35,721 nt of DNA from Patescibacteria group bacterium (GCA_029260955.1 JAJDCF010000099.1:1-35721), one strand, 5' to 3'; shown: positions 1 to 7,437, counted from the stretch's first letter. Numbers and translations are program-made. Notes: generated by a model from the letters alone, not told the origin.

Positions 1-1
1 A

Positions 2-238
2 GGACGTAATCAAGTACGTGTGCATGGGGAAGAAGCCAAAGAAGAAGTTGAGAGAAATGAATTGGCTGAAGAAGTTATCAATGCAGTCAAAAAAAGCCCC
101 ACACTCCAAGAAACCAAGGCAAGACTAAAAAAATTGCTAAAAGATATACCACCAGAGGAACAAAGAGCAGCACTAAAGTCGATGATTGACGAATTAGATG
201 AAGAAGAGAAACCCTCTGCTCAGAACCTAGCCTCGTAA
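2..238 (+). CDS. 3' end of a CDS entering from upstream; acidic, helical hypothetical protein
   Basis: The frame is open from base 2, with no stop before the GTG at 20 used by the ORF track. TAA at 236-238. K/E-rich tail. No family recognised. Confidence 0.35.
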   Translation, partial: GRNQVRVHGEEAKEEVERNELAEEVINAVKKSPTLQETKARLKKLLKDIPPEEQRAALKSMIDELDEEEKPSAQNLAS

Positions 239-595
239 ACGAGAAGCGGAATAATCTCTAGTTATTGCTATTAGCCTTTCAAACTTTTCAACGACAAGCT
301 CAGGGATTGGGCCTTCTTTGATATTAGGAAATTGCCCATCAGTTACACCAAGAAACTCCATAGCTTTGGAACTTAACTTACAGAGGTCAGTTATTACTTG
401 CCCTAAACGAGTCCTTGTATCTTGAGCAACTTCGCCATCGCGAAGGATCTTTTTGTAAGCAGCCAATTCATATCCTGCAGAACTTACATCCCAAAGACCC
501 TCATAATACTTAATATTGATTGCGTTTCCCGATCTACTCATGAAATAAACAGACTTATTGGATATAACCGTAGGACAATAATTTGATCTTGTCAA
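227..595 (-). CDS. hypothetical cytoplasmic protein, no family recognised
   Basis: 122-aa ORF from TTG 595. An in-frame ATG at 541 (104 aa) is an equally plausible start. Two TGCTAAAAT extended -10 elements lie upstream on the same strand. It overlaps the previous CDS convergently by 12 nt. Confidence 0.45.
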   Translation of the reverse strand: MTRSNYCPTVISNKSVYFMSRSGNAINIKYYEGLWDVSSAGYELAAYKKILRDGEVAQDTRTRLGQVITDLCKLSSKAMEFLGVTDGQFPNIKEGPIPELVVEKFERLIAITRDYSASRLRG

Positions 596-606
596 ATGTT
601 TTCTTG

Positions 607-615
607 ATTTTAGCA
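607..615 (-). promoter_or_regulatory. extended -10 promoter element TGCTAAAAT (minus strand)
   Basis: Plus-strand ATTTTAGCA at 607-615 reads TGCTAAAAT on the minus strand. Same TGnTAWAAT form as four other intergenic sites in the window. It points at CDS 227-595. Confidence 0.45.
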
Positions 616-644
616 GAATTTGGCTTATTCATAACGAAAACATA

Positions 645-658
645 GTGTAGTACTACAC
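645..658. promoter_or_regulatory. perfect 14-bp palindrome GTGTAGTACTACAC, candidate operator
   Basis: Exact dyad symmetry read directly from the sequence. It lies between the two minus-strand TGCTAAAAT elements and about 55 nt upstream of the plus-strand TGCTATAAT. Confidence 0.4.
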
Positions 659-670
659 AACATAATAGCT

Positions 671-679
671 ATTTTAGCA
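671..679 (-). promoter_or_regulatory. second extended -10 element TGCTAAAAT (minus strand)
   Basis: Plus-strand ATTTTAGCA at 671-679. Intergenic and oriented toward CDS 227-595. Confidence 0.35.
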
Positions 680-710
680 AGTATAGTAGCTAGATTTTTT
701 CATCGATTTC

Positions 711-730
711 TGCTATAATATAGGGATTTA
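711..730 (+). promoter_or_regulatory. extended -10 promoter module TGCTATAATATAGGGATTTA upstream of surface protein A
   Basis: TGn + TATAAT at 711-719. The whole 20-mer is identical to the minus-strand sequence at 21274-21293, upstream of pilB. It matches 17/20 with 10646-10665, upstream of protein D. Confidence 0.6.
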
Positions 731-788
731 CTAATTAAAAAATCTTTTCAAAGCGAAAAAATAAGTAAACCAAAAACAAATTTTGTTG

Positions 789-876
789 TCTGCCGACGTG
801 TATCTGCCGATACGTAAAACAAAAAATAAACACTAATTGCTAACGTGTTATCTGCCGAACCTACCAAATCTGCCGG
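789..876 (+). promoter_or_regulatory. four direct TCTGCCG(A/G) boxes in the leader of surface protein A
   Basis: TCTGCCGA at 789-796, 803-810 and 851-858; TCTGCCGG at 869-876. Two boxes sit inside a longer repeat, ACGTGT(T)ATCTGCCGA, at 797-810 and 843-858. GTATC-TGCC-GATAC dyad at 800-813. Confidence 0.4.
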
Positions 877-970
877 GATTGGGTTTGCCCTAAAACCTAA
901 ACAAGAATTACGCCTACTTGAAAAAATCAAGAGCCTAATAGCTTGGTTTTTGCGTATTTTGGGTTCAAGG

Positions 971-3900
971 TTGTTTTTATATACGCGCGCACGTATAGGC
1001 GCTGTTTTTATGCTAGTGCTTCTAAGCATGTTTTTTGCTACAGGAGCCTTGGCCGAGAGCAGCACTAGTTCAAGCTACCGCCTGGACTACTCCAGGTTTA
1101 CCAACGACTCAGATCGCAAGGTCAGCACAAGCTACCAACTTCTCGACTCAATTTCGGATATCAGCGTTGAAGGCGCTTCGTCCAGCTACAACTTACGGAA
1201 TGTTTATTCAGCTGGAGTCGGCGGTGCACCTGTTTGTGGAAACGGAATCATCGAAACCGGTGAGCAATGTGAAGGTACAAACTTTAACGGCCTGATGTGT
1301 AGCGACTACGGCTTTACCCAAGGAGTACTGCAATGTGTAAGCTGCCAAATCATAACCACAAGCTGTTTCAACGGCGGGGGTGGTGGTGGAGGTGGTGGAG
1401 GCTTTGTTTGCGGAAATGGAATACGAGAAGCCGGCGAACAATGTGATGACAACAACCTCTTCAGTGGCGATGGATGTTCATCTGGTTGCCGACTCGAAGA
1501 ACATCGCTGTGGCAACGGAATCAAGGAAATCGGCGAACAATGTGATGACGGCAATATTAACTACGAAGATGGCTGCACGCCAATGTGTACACTCGAAGTA
1601 CCTGTCATACTACCGCCAGAACCTGAACCAGAACCTGAGCCAGAGCCACCGCTGATTTTCGAACCTGACTTTGATCCAGACTCTGTTTTTGAATTTGATG
1701 AACCGGAGCCAGAACCAGAACCTGAGGTAACTCCAGAACCACCGCTCAGACCAGTCGCACCAGAAGTAGTCGATACCGGAATACTAAGTGCCTATGACTA
1801 TCACTTTGATAATTACGGACCAGGGACAAAGGTTACTGTGCTAGACGAAACACCATTCGTAGTTACCGAAGCTGAACCAAATACAATTTATGAAATGATC
1901 ATCTTTGACGAAGATGAGAATGTGATAACCAGACAAGGTGTAAAGAGTACGCCAAATGGAGTTCTGATGTTTGAAGGCATTCCATTCTTGGACTACACAA
2001 CATATGGCATCGCTCTATTTGATGAAAGCCGTGAGCTGTTCAAGTCATGGACCATCACCATCGAAGATAGAAAGTACCGATTGCATGACAATCTACTTGT
2101 GAACGATGAGCTCAGCAGAGAATACATTGCTTTGGGAGTTTTCGAAGAAGTTAATCACTTTTCTGGAAACGGCAAGCCAAATACGACTTACCACGCTTAC
2201 GTTCAGAGAATCGAAAAACAAGGTAAGAAAGTCAGCGAGATTACACACATAAGTACCAAGGCAAATGAACATGGCGACTACAAGCTAGAACTACCCAAAA
2301 ACCTCAAAGATGGCTCGTATTTGATGCACGTGGTGCAGGTATACGAAGACGGCAAGGTGCAGAGAAATAAACGCTATGTATTTGATATTCACAATCCTGA
2401 TAAGCAAAGGAATATTTGGATCTTACTAGCCATTCTGATTATTTTTATAGCTGGACAACAGCTGAGGCAAAGTAAAAAAGATAGAAGCTTCAAGATAAGA
2501 AGCCTGCTATCAATTGCACTTGCTATCAGCATGGTTATGCAACAATCAGCTTTTGCCGTAGTGACCACTCCAGCAGTGTTTATTTACGAGGGTAAGCTAT
2601 TAGATGCTGCAAACAATCCGATTGTCACAGCACAAACATTCAGATTCTCGCTCTGGAGTTCAGATGACCTTGTGGCTGGTGATGTAACCGGTGCAGGAGC
2701 CATCAACGCTGCAGCTCCTGCTTATGGTGGTTGGTTTGACACCTTTACCCTCACACCAAACGTAGATGGAACATTCTTTGTAGAACTCGGAAGTGGAACA
2801 GCACTACCGGATATGTTACTTAGTACCCACACGAACTTGATGGTGGAAATTAAGACTTCTGGAGCACTGGATACCAGCTACGAACTTATGGACCCAACGG
2901 GAGATGCCGGAGTAGATACTGATGATCGCCAGACTGTTGGCTCAACACCTTACACAAACAATGCTGATTACATAGATAATGCAGAAATAGGTACAGCCGC
3001 TGGCGACATAGCCACACTTGGAATAGGAGCAATTTGGGATATTGCCTACATGCCTGGTGGATCCAATTCAGACTCATGGACCATTGACGTAGATAACACT
3101 GTAGGTGCAGGAAGTACGATCGATATAATCTTTGGAACCTTACTGGCAGAATTCTTGCGATTCGACATTACCAATGACTGGTTCTCGTTTAGCAATGATG
3201 TAGATTTTGGGCAAAATGAAATCAAGAATGTGGCCATCGACAATCTGGCTGCAGCACCAGGAACACCCGTTGTCGGTCAGATTTATCACAACACAACAGA
3301 TAACAACACCTACATTTGGAATGGCACAGCCTGGGAGGACATTACAGACACAGGCGACTTAGATGATGCCTACGACAACGACACCGATAAAAAATTGGAT
3401 ATTGATAATGCATCTGGATTAGAGCTCGAATCAACCGTAGCCGGAGATATTGTGTTCGACCTACAAAGTACTGGTGATTTTGTGATTCAGGATGCCGGCA
3501 CACCATTTGCCATATTCACGGACGGCGGCTATATGGGAATAGGAAATACAAGTCCTCTGAGCGTATTCCACGTTGATTCAAATGCTGCCAACACAGCAGC
3601 CATTGCCACCTTAGAAAACACGGCAGGTGACATTCAATTCTTCCGTAATGACGCAACACCTGAAGGAAGTATAACTGGCTCAATTGGCGACCTTACAATC
3701 GACGGCACCAGTGGTAACGCCTACATAAAAAACTCTGGCACAGCCACCAATACCGGATGGCTGCAAATCGGAGGATTAGAAGGAAAAACAGAAGTCTTTC
3801 ATGCAGAATACGAAGATTCTACTATTCAAGGCGACGGCGCAGATAATAAGGGGCTTTTGAGTTCTTACTTTGCTGATGCCGGCGGTACAAGCAAATACAA

Positions 3901-4264
3901 CTATTACGAATGGACAACCCGAAAGACAGCAATACAAGATGTGGACATAACCATTTCATTTAGACTACCAGAAGATTTTCAGAGCTTTACAGCCACACCG
4001 CTCAGCATTTTATACCGAACAAGTGACGCAGTACTGGCAACCAATCAAATTGATGTTGCTCTATATGACACAACCGGAACCGCAGTATCACTAACCGGTG
4101 GAACTGATTTGGCAAGCGCAACGTGGGCTACAGCAGGTATTACGTTTGGAGGAGCACCAACATTCACAGCAGGTGATGTAGTAACTCTGGTTATTAAACC
4201 TCAAACAATCAACACCGGATACGCACGTGTATCCGATGTGATCTTTAACTATAACGGCACATAA
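971..4264 (+). CDS. large secreted/membrane-anchored modular surface protein A: Cys-rich repeats, PE linker, Ig-like region, internal TM plus second signal peptide, fibre-like C-terminal half
   Basis: The ORF is open from GTG 845. The start is uncertain. TTG 971 gives MFLYTRARIGAVFMLVLLSMFFATGALA|ESS, a classic signal peptide, and ATG 1010 is the alternative. Three CGNGxxExGEQC(D/E) repeats, a G10 tract and a PEPEPEPEPEP linker. The C-terminal half is homologous to modules of proteins B and D. Confidence 0.8.
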   Translation: MFLYTRARIGAVFMLVLLSMFFATGALAESSTSSSYRLDYSRFTNDSDRKVSTSYQLLDSISDISVEGASSSYNLRNVYSAGVGGAPVCGNGIIETGEQCEGTNFNGLMCSDYGFTQGVLQCVSCQIITTSCFNGGGGGGGGGGFVCGNGIREAGEQCDDNNLFSGDGCSSGCRLEEHRCGNGIKEIGEQCDDGNINYEDGCTPMCTLEVPVILPPEPEPEPEPEPPLIFEPDFDPDSVFEFDEPEPEPEPEVTPEPPLRPVAPEVVDTGILSAYDYHFDNYGPGTKVTVLDETPFVVTEAEPNTIYEMIIFDEDENVITRQGVKSTPNGVLMFEGIPFLDYTTYGIALFDESRELFKSWTITIEDRKYRLHDNLLVNDELSREYIALGVFEEVNHFSGNGKPNTTYHAYVQRIEKQGKKVSEITHISTKANEHGDYKLELPKNLKDGSYLMHVVQVYEDGKVQRNKRYVFDIHNPDKQRNIWILLAILIIFIAGQQLRQSKKDRSFKIRSLLSIALAISMVMQQSAFAVVTTPAVFIYEGKLLDAANNPIVTAQTFRFSLWSSDDLVAGDVTGAGAINAAAPAYGGWFDTFTLTPNVDGTFFVELGSGTALPDMLLSTHTNLMVEIKTSGALDTSYELMDPTGDAGVDTDDRQTVGSTPYTNNADYIDNAEIGTAAGDIATLGIGAIWDIAYMPGGSNSDSWTIDVDNTVGAGSTIDIIFGTLLAEFLRFDITNDWFSFSNDVDFGQNEIKNVAIDNLAAAPGTPVVGQIYHNTTDNNTYIWNGTAWEDITDTGDLDDAYDNDTDKKLDIDNASGLELESTVAGDIVFDLQSTGDFVIQDAGTPFAIFTDGGYMGIGNTSPLSVFHVDSNAANTAAIATLENTAGDIQFFRNDATPEGSITGSIGDLTIDGTSGNAYIKNSGTATNTGWLQIGGLEGKTEVFHAEYEDSTIQGDGADNKGLLSSYFADAGGTSKYNYYEWTTRKTAIQDVDITISFRLPEDFQSFTATPLSILYRTSDAVLATNQIDVALYDTTGTAVSLTGGTDLASATWATAGITFGGAPTFTAGDVVTLVIKPQTINTGYARVSDVIFNYNGT
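1235..1597 (+). repeat. three Cys-rich repeats of the CGNGxxExGEQCDDGN...DGC type (Myxococcus-type cysteine-rich repeat family by motif)
   Basis: VCGNGIIETGEQCEGTNFNGLMCSDYGF..., VCGNGIREAGEQCDDNNLFSGDGCSSGC and RCGNGIKEIGEQCDDGNINYEDGCTPMC read from the translation. Confidence 0.7.
2414..2557 (+). other. internal hydrophobic anchor (2414-2455), basic loop (2465-2503) and signal-peptide-like segment ending AFA (2504-2557) inside protein A
   Basis: The translation reads ...NIWILLAILIIFIAGQQL RQSKKDRSFKIRS LLSIALAISMVMQQSAFA|VVTTP..., with no stop codon or canonical start codon in between. Confidence 0.6.
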
Positions 4265-4272
4265 CTTTAAAA

Positions 4273-4294
4273 CACCATTGTGAATTCAATGGTG
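4273..4294 (+). terminator. 8-bp hairpin CACCATTG-tgaatt-CAATGGTG directly after the protein A stop (no U-tract)
   Basis: Perfect stem read from the sequence, 9 nt after TAA 4262-4264. The lack of a T-run makes intrinsic termination uncertain. Confidence 0.3.
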
Positions 4295-4369
4295 ATTCTG
4301 ACATAGAGAGACTCTCATTCGATCGGCAGACGAGTGAATAGTCACGATCACTCTATCATCGGAATCACC
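4291..4369 (+). other. about 79-nt extended imperfect hairpin in the A-B spacer
   Basis: GGTGATTCTGA-CATAGAG (4291-4308) pairs with CTCTATCATCGGAATCACC (4351-4369). An inner stem pairs CTCATTCG (4314-4321) with CGAGTGA (4331-4337), including one G-U pair. Loop ATCGGCAGA. Confidence 0.45.
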
Positions 4370-4569
4370 ATCGAGTCCACAAGACTCAAATATTATCAAC
4401 TAACACCTAAGCCTATGTGATCGAATAACTATCACCAACATCCTTCTCCCTTTGCACCCCTAATAAGGCATGCAATGGAAGGAGTGGGATCCTACGCCAA
4501 TGGGATCTAACGGGGAAGTGAGTTCCACCCCTAAGGACTCAAACACTTTATTAATACTAATTCAATAAA

Positions 4570-7185
4570 ATGAATACCAAATACTCAAGATGGAGAAGTT
4601 GGTTGCGTCGCACCACCGGCCTTACGGCTGCTCTGGTGATGGTGCTAAGTCTCTCAGGCAACGCCTTTGCGCGAATCCTGTTTGAAGACGACCAATACTT
4701 CAACGTCCAATCGGAGGGTATCATCCTGGATCAAAATAACAACTTAGATGCAGGAACACTCTCTACAAACACCTATACAATGGCCGATGCGGCTTGTTTG
4801 AATGGTGAAACCTATACAGCCACCATTAATAGTACGGCTGTAGTTTATACAGCAACCACAGCTAATTGTGCCGGTAATGACGCCGCGGATACCGTTGCTG
4901 TATTGCAAGGACTAACTGCTGCAATTGATGCAGATTTTACAGTTGGATACCTTGTAGACGCAGCTTACAGTCTTAACACGGTTACTGTAACAGCAACTGT
5001 TGCAGATCCAGCCAATAACTACACAACCACAGCTGGAGACACCTCTACTGCTGGAACACTGGTAGCCACTGGCGCAACCCTAGCAGGTGGTGTAATCGGA
5101 GACACTGTTGATTTACAGTTTGGCAATGATACGACTGATGCACTATTCACGTATGACCCAAACAATCAGAATTTAACACTGTCTACACCAGGTGGCACTT
5201 TCGATTTCTCTGACGATGATCTAAAGACAACTGGTGGCATAATTATGCAGGGATCAAATGAATTTCACATTCGTGAAGATTCAGACCCGGCCAGTAACGC
5301 CACTTGTACGACATTAGATGAAGTGATTATCGATACTACTGATAACGAGCTTCAGATTTGTACAGCAACCGGTTCACCAGGTACCTGGGTAGGAATCAGT
5401 GCAGGTTCACTCGGAGGACTAACATCTTCTCAATTCCTAAGAAGCGACACTAGTGATAGCTACACTTCTGGAACTCTTACTTTTGACGCCGGTACTATTC
5501 TGGACGTTAATGGTGGAATTGATTTCAGTGGAGCAACTTCATTCCTTTTGTATCAAGGAGCAGCTAATCCTGGAACTTGTACAGAAGGTGAAATGTTCTA
5601 CAACACAAATACCAACGTCACTAGTATTTGTACCTCCACCAATACGTGGACCGGGCTTTCGTCCGCGGGCACTCCAAACTTTGAGGCTGTTTACGCAGCT
5701 GATGGTGACGACACGCTAACTGCATCAGGTGCATTTAACATTAATGCTACGGGTGGTGCTGTTGGAATCGATTCATCCGCTGGCATAAGCATTGGAGCTA
5801 CCGGTGCAGCATCTGACTTCACCGTAGCTTCTGACGGAGCTGCTGATGATCTTACCTTAGAAGTAACTGGTGCCACTGATTCCAGTGTAGTACTTAGTTC
5901 ATCTGGTACAGGTACTGATGCAATCGACATTAACGCAACTGCTGGTGACATCGACATTGATGCCACAGGTGACAATGGAATTACCATTGACGCCACAGAG
6001 TCATCTAACTTAACAGTAGCTACAGATGCTGCTGCCGAGGATTTGACAATCGCTGTAACAGGCGCCACTGATTCTAGTGTGGTGGTTAATTCATCTGGTA
6101 CAGGTACTGACGCTGTAGACATCAACGCCACCGCAGGTGGTGTTACCATTGATGCAGCTGGAGCTTTAAGCTTCCAGGGTGCTGCAAACTCTGACATTAC
6201 CACCACTGGTACGAGCGATATTTCGATCAATGCTGGTGATGATTTGTTTTTCGATGATGCACAGCTATCCGGTATCGTACAATTGAGCGTTACCGACTCA
6301 GACTGGGCAGCAACTTTTGCTACCGATGGTATTATCGACAATATCAACTCATTCACCCTTAACACAGCTGGTAATGGCGCAAGTAATGTGGGCATCCAGG
6401 ACGCAAGTTCATGGTTTACCGGTACTGAAATCGAAACAGCTTTGAATGAAATTGAAGCCTTGTTCGGTTCAACTACATCTAGCACTTTCAACTTCACAGA
6501 AGACAATGTTTTAGCTGACGATGATTCTGTTTACACAGCGTTAAACAAGCTCGACCTTAAATGGGGTGACCTTGGAAACACTGCTAACGGTGAAGGCGCT
6601 TCACTTGTAGGAATTGAAGATTCTGGTGGATACACTACTGAAACTACAGTAGAGGGTGCTTTGCAGGAACTTTACGGTGACATTGGAAAGAACTTCGAAG
6701 ACCTAACATTCTACCCTGAATACCCGGATGCAGTAGTTCACGCAGACGGTTCGAACAACCGAGGTCTACTTGAAGGTCTCTATGACACTGGTGAGGAATC
6801 TGGTTATTATAACTGGACATCTCGTAGGGCAACGACTCAGGATATCGACATCCGATTCGCCTTCCCTCTTCCAACTGACTTTAACGCAACAGGTGACTTC
6901 ACCTTCCGTTATCGTACTGGATCAGTCACAGAAGCCGACAACGATGTAGAAGTAAGACTGTACAATGTAACCAATACACAAGAGTGCGGCAATGACCTAA
7001 CTAATGGTACCGCTGGTACCTGGGCCACTGCTACTATCAGTGCAGCCACCATCAACGCAGGTTGTACGGGTGGTACAGCATTGAATGCAGGAGACATTGT
7101 AGAAGTGCAAATCAAACTTTTAGACAATGTAGGTGCACCAGACTACGCTGACGTCGGAAAACTTATTTGGAATTATACTAAATAA
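4570..7185 (+). CDS. secreted T/A/G/D-rich fibre-like surface protein B
   Basis: ATG start. Signal peptide ...LSLSGNAFA|RILFEDD. Internal 64-aa tandem duplication. The C-terminal ~155 aa are clearly homologous to the C-terminus of protein A (FxxEYxD...DGxxNxGLL...YYxWTxR...QDxDI...LPxDF...YRT...WATA...AGDxV...IK...NY). Confidence 0.85.
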   Translation: MNTKYSRWRSWLRRTTGLTAALVMVLSLSGNAFARILFEDDQYFNVQSEGIILDQNNNLDAGTLSTNTYTMADAACLNGETYTATINSTAVVYTATTANCAGNDAADTVAVLQGLTAAIDADFTVGYLVDAAYSLNTVTVTATVADPANNYTTTAGDTSTAGTLVATGATLAGGVIGDTVDLQFGNDTTDALFTYDPNNQNLTLSTPGGTFDFSDDDLKTTGGIIMQGSNEFHIREDSDPASNATCTTLDEVIIDTTDNELQICTATGSPGTWVGISAGSLGGLTSSQFLRSDTSDSYTSGTLTFDAGTILDVNGGIDFSGATSFLLYQGAANPGTCTEGEMFYNTNTNVTSICTSTNTWTGLSSAGTPNFEAVYAADGDDTLTASGAFNINATGGAVGIDSSAGISIGATGAASDFTVASDGAADDLTLEVTGATDSSVVLSSSGTGTDAIDINATAGDIDIDATGDNGITIDATESSNLTVATDAAAEDLTIAVTGATDSSVVVNSSGTGTDAVDINATAGGVTIDAAGALSFQGAANSDITTTGTSDISINAGDDLFFDDAQLSGIVQLSVTDSDWAATFATDGIIDNINSFTLNTAGNGASNVGIQDASSWFTGTEIETALNEIEALFGSTTSSTFNFTEDNVLADDDSVYTALNKLDLKWGDLGNTANGEGASLVGIEDSGGYTTETTVEGALQELYGDIGKNFEDLTFYPEYPDAVVHADGSNNRGLLEGLYDTGEESGYYNWTSRRATTQDIDIRFAFPLPTDFNATGDFTFRYRTGSVTEADNDVEVRLYNVTNTQECGNDLTNGTAGTWATATISAATINAGCTGGTALNAGDIVEVQIKLLDNVGAPDYADVGKLIWNYTK
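5809..6192 (+). repeat. two tandem 192-nt (64-aa) coding repeats in protein B
   Basis: Unit 1 is ASDFTVASDGAADDLTLEVTGATDSSVVLSSSGTGTDAIDINATAG... and unit 2 is SSNLTVATDAAAEDLTIAVTGATDSSVVVNSSGTGTDAVDINATAG.... GG(T/C)GCCACTGATTC(C/T)AGTGT recurs at 5869 and 6061. Confidence 0.75.
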
Positions 7186-7236
7186 TCTTTGATGTTGGTG
7201 ATAGTTTACTCGTTTAAACAATTGGCTTAATAGTGC

Positions 7237-7270
7237 CTTCCCCCCTTGTTCTTATGAATAAGGGGGGAAG
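7237..7270 (+). terminator. strong 11-bp GC-rich hairpin CTTCCCCCCTT-(12 nt)-AAGGGGGGAAG downstream of protein B (no U-tract)
   Basis: Perfect 11-bp stem read from the sequence, 52 nt after the stop at 7183-7185. Confidence 0.4.
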
Positions 7271-7376
7271 CACCTGAAATTAGCCTAAATCACTACATTC
7301 GAGAAAATTGAATTTGTTTCGAATTGAGTGACAACACTAATTTTAGAAAAATCGCTATAAAAAGCGGAAATCTCAA

Positions 7377-7405
7377 TTGACATATGAGGGCTATTGAGAT
7401 ATACA
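7377..7405 (+). promoter_or_regulatory. sigma70-like promoter TTGACA-17-TATACA upstream of protein C
   Basis: TTGACA at 7377-7382, a 17-nt spacer, then TATACA at 7400-7405, 33 nt before ATG 7438. Confidence 0.45.
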
Positions 7406-7437
7406 ATTAGGTATATAAAAAATAAAAATAAATAAAA

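Noticed and set aside
845-970. The N-terminal 42 codons of the ORF-track version of protein A (GTG 845)
   Set aside because: The segment precedes a canonical signal peptide, contains the repeated TCTGCCG boxes, and translates to an implausible N-terminus. A start at TTG 971 or ATG 1010 is more likely. This is not proven.
748-1065. 105-aa minus-strand ORF across the leader and start of protein A
   Set aside because: It overlaps the signal-peptide coding region and the TCTGCCG boxes on the opposite strand. It has no promoter-like element and no protein-like features.
1378-1407. Poly-Gly coding tract (G10), the GAT/GAC poly-Asp tracts (8836-9012, 9742-9870) and the PE-repeat tract (1615-1745) as slipped-strand phase-variation switches
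   Set aside because: The codons are mixed (GGC/GGG/GGT/GGA; GAT/GAC) rather than homopolymeric or perfect short tandem repeats. All units are multiples of 3, so slippage would change length, not frame.
4450-4540. Possible c-di-GMP or other known riboswitch in the A-B spacer
   Set aside because: The helices do not match the GEMM-I/II or other riboswitch consensus features I can recall. It is kept only as an unclassified structured region pending an Rfam scan.
4470-4568. 32-codon upstream ORF ending 1 nt before the protein B start
   Set aside because: It is too short and lacks any supporting signal, so it is not called as a gene. It is mentioned in the spacer finding as something Ribo-seq could test.
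5691-6506. 271-aa minus-strand ORF, and similar long antisense ORFs at 7826-8566, 8734-9135, 9621-9836, 1306-1554 and 11406-11690
   Set aside because: They lie entirely antisense to, or out of frame within, repetitive T/A/G/D-rich surface-protein genes. Their translations are low-complexity mirror images (S/V/A-rich, H/L-rich, or I/V-rich from GAT repeats). They are an expected artefact of biased codon composition.
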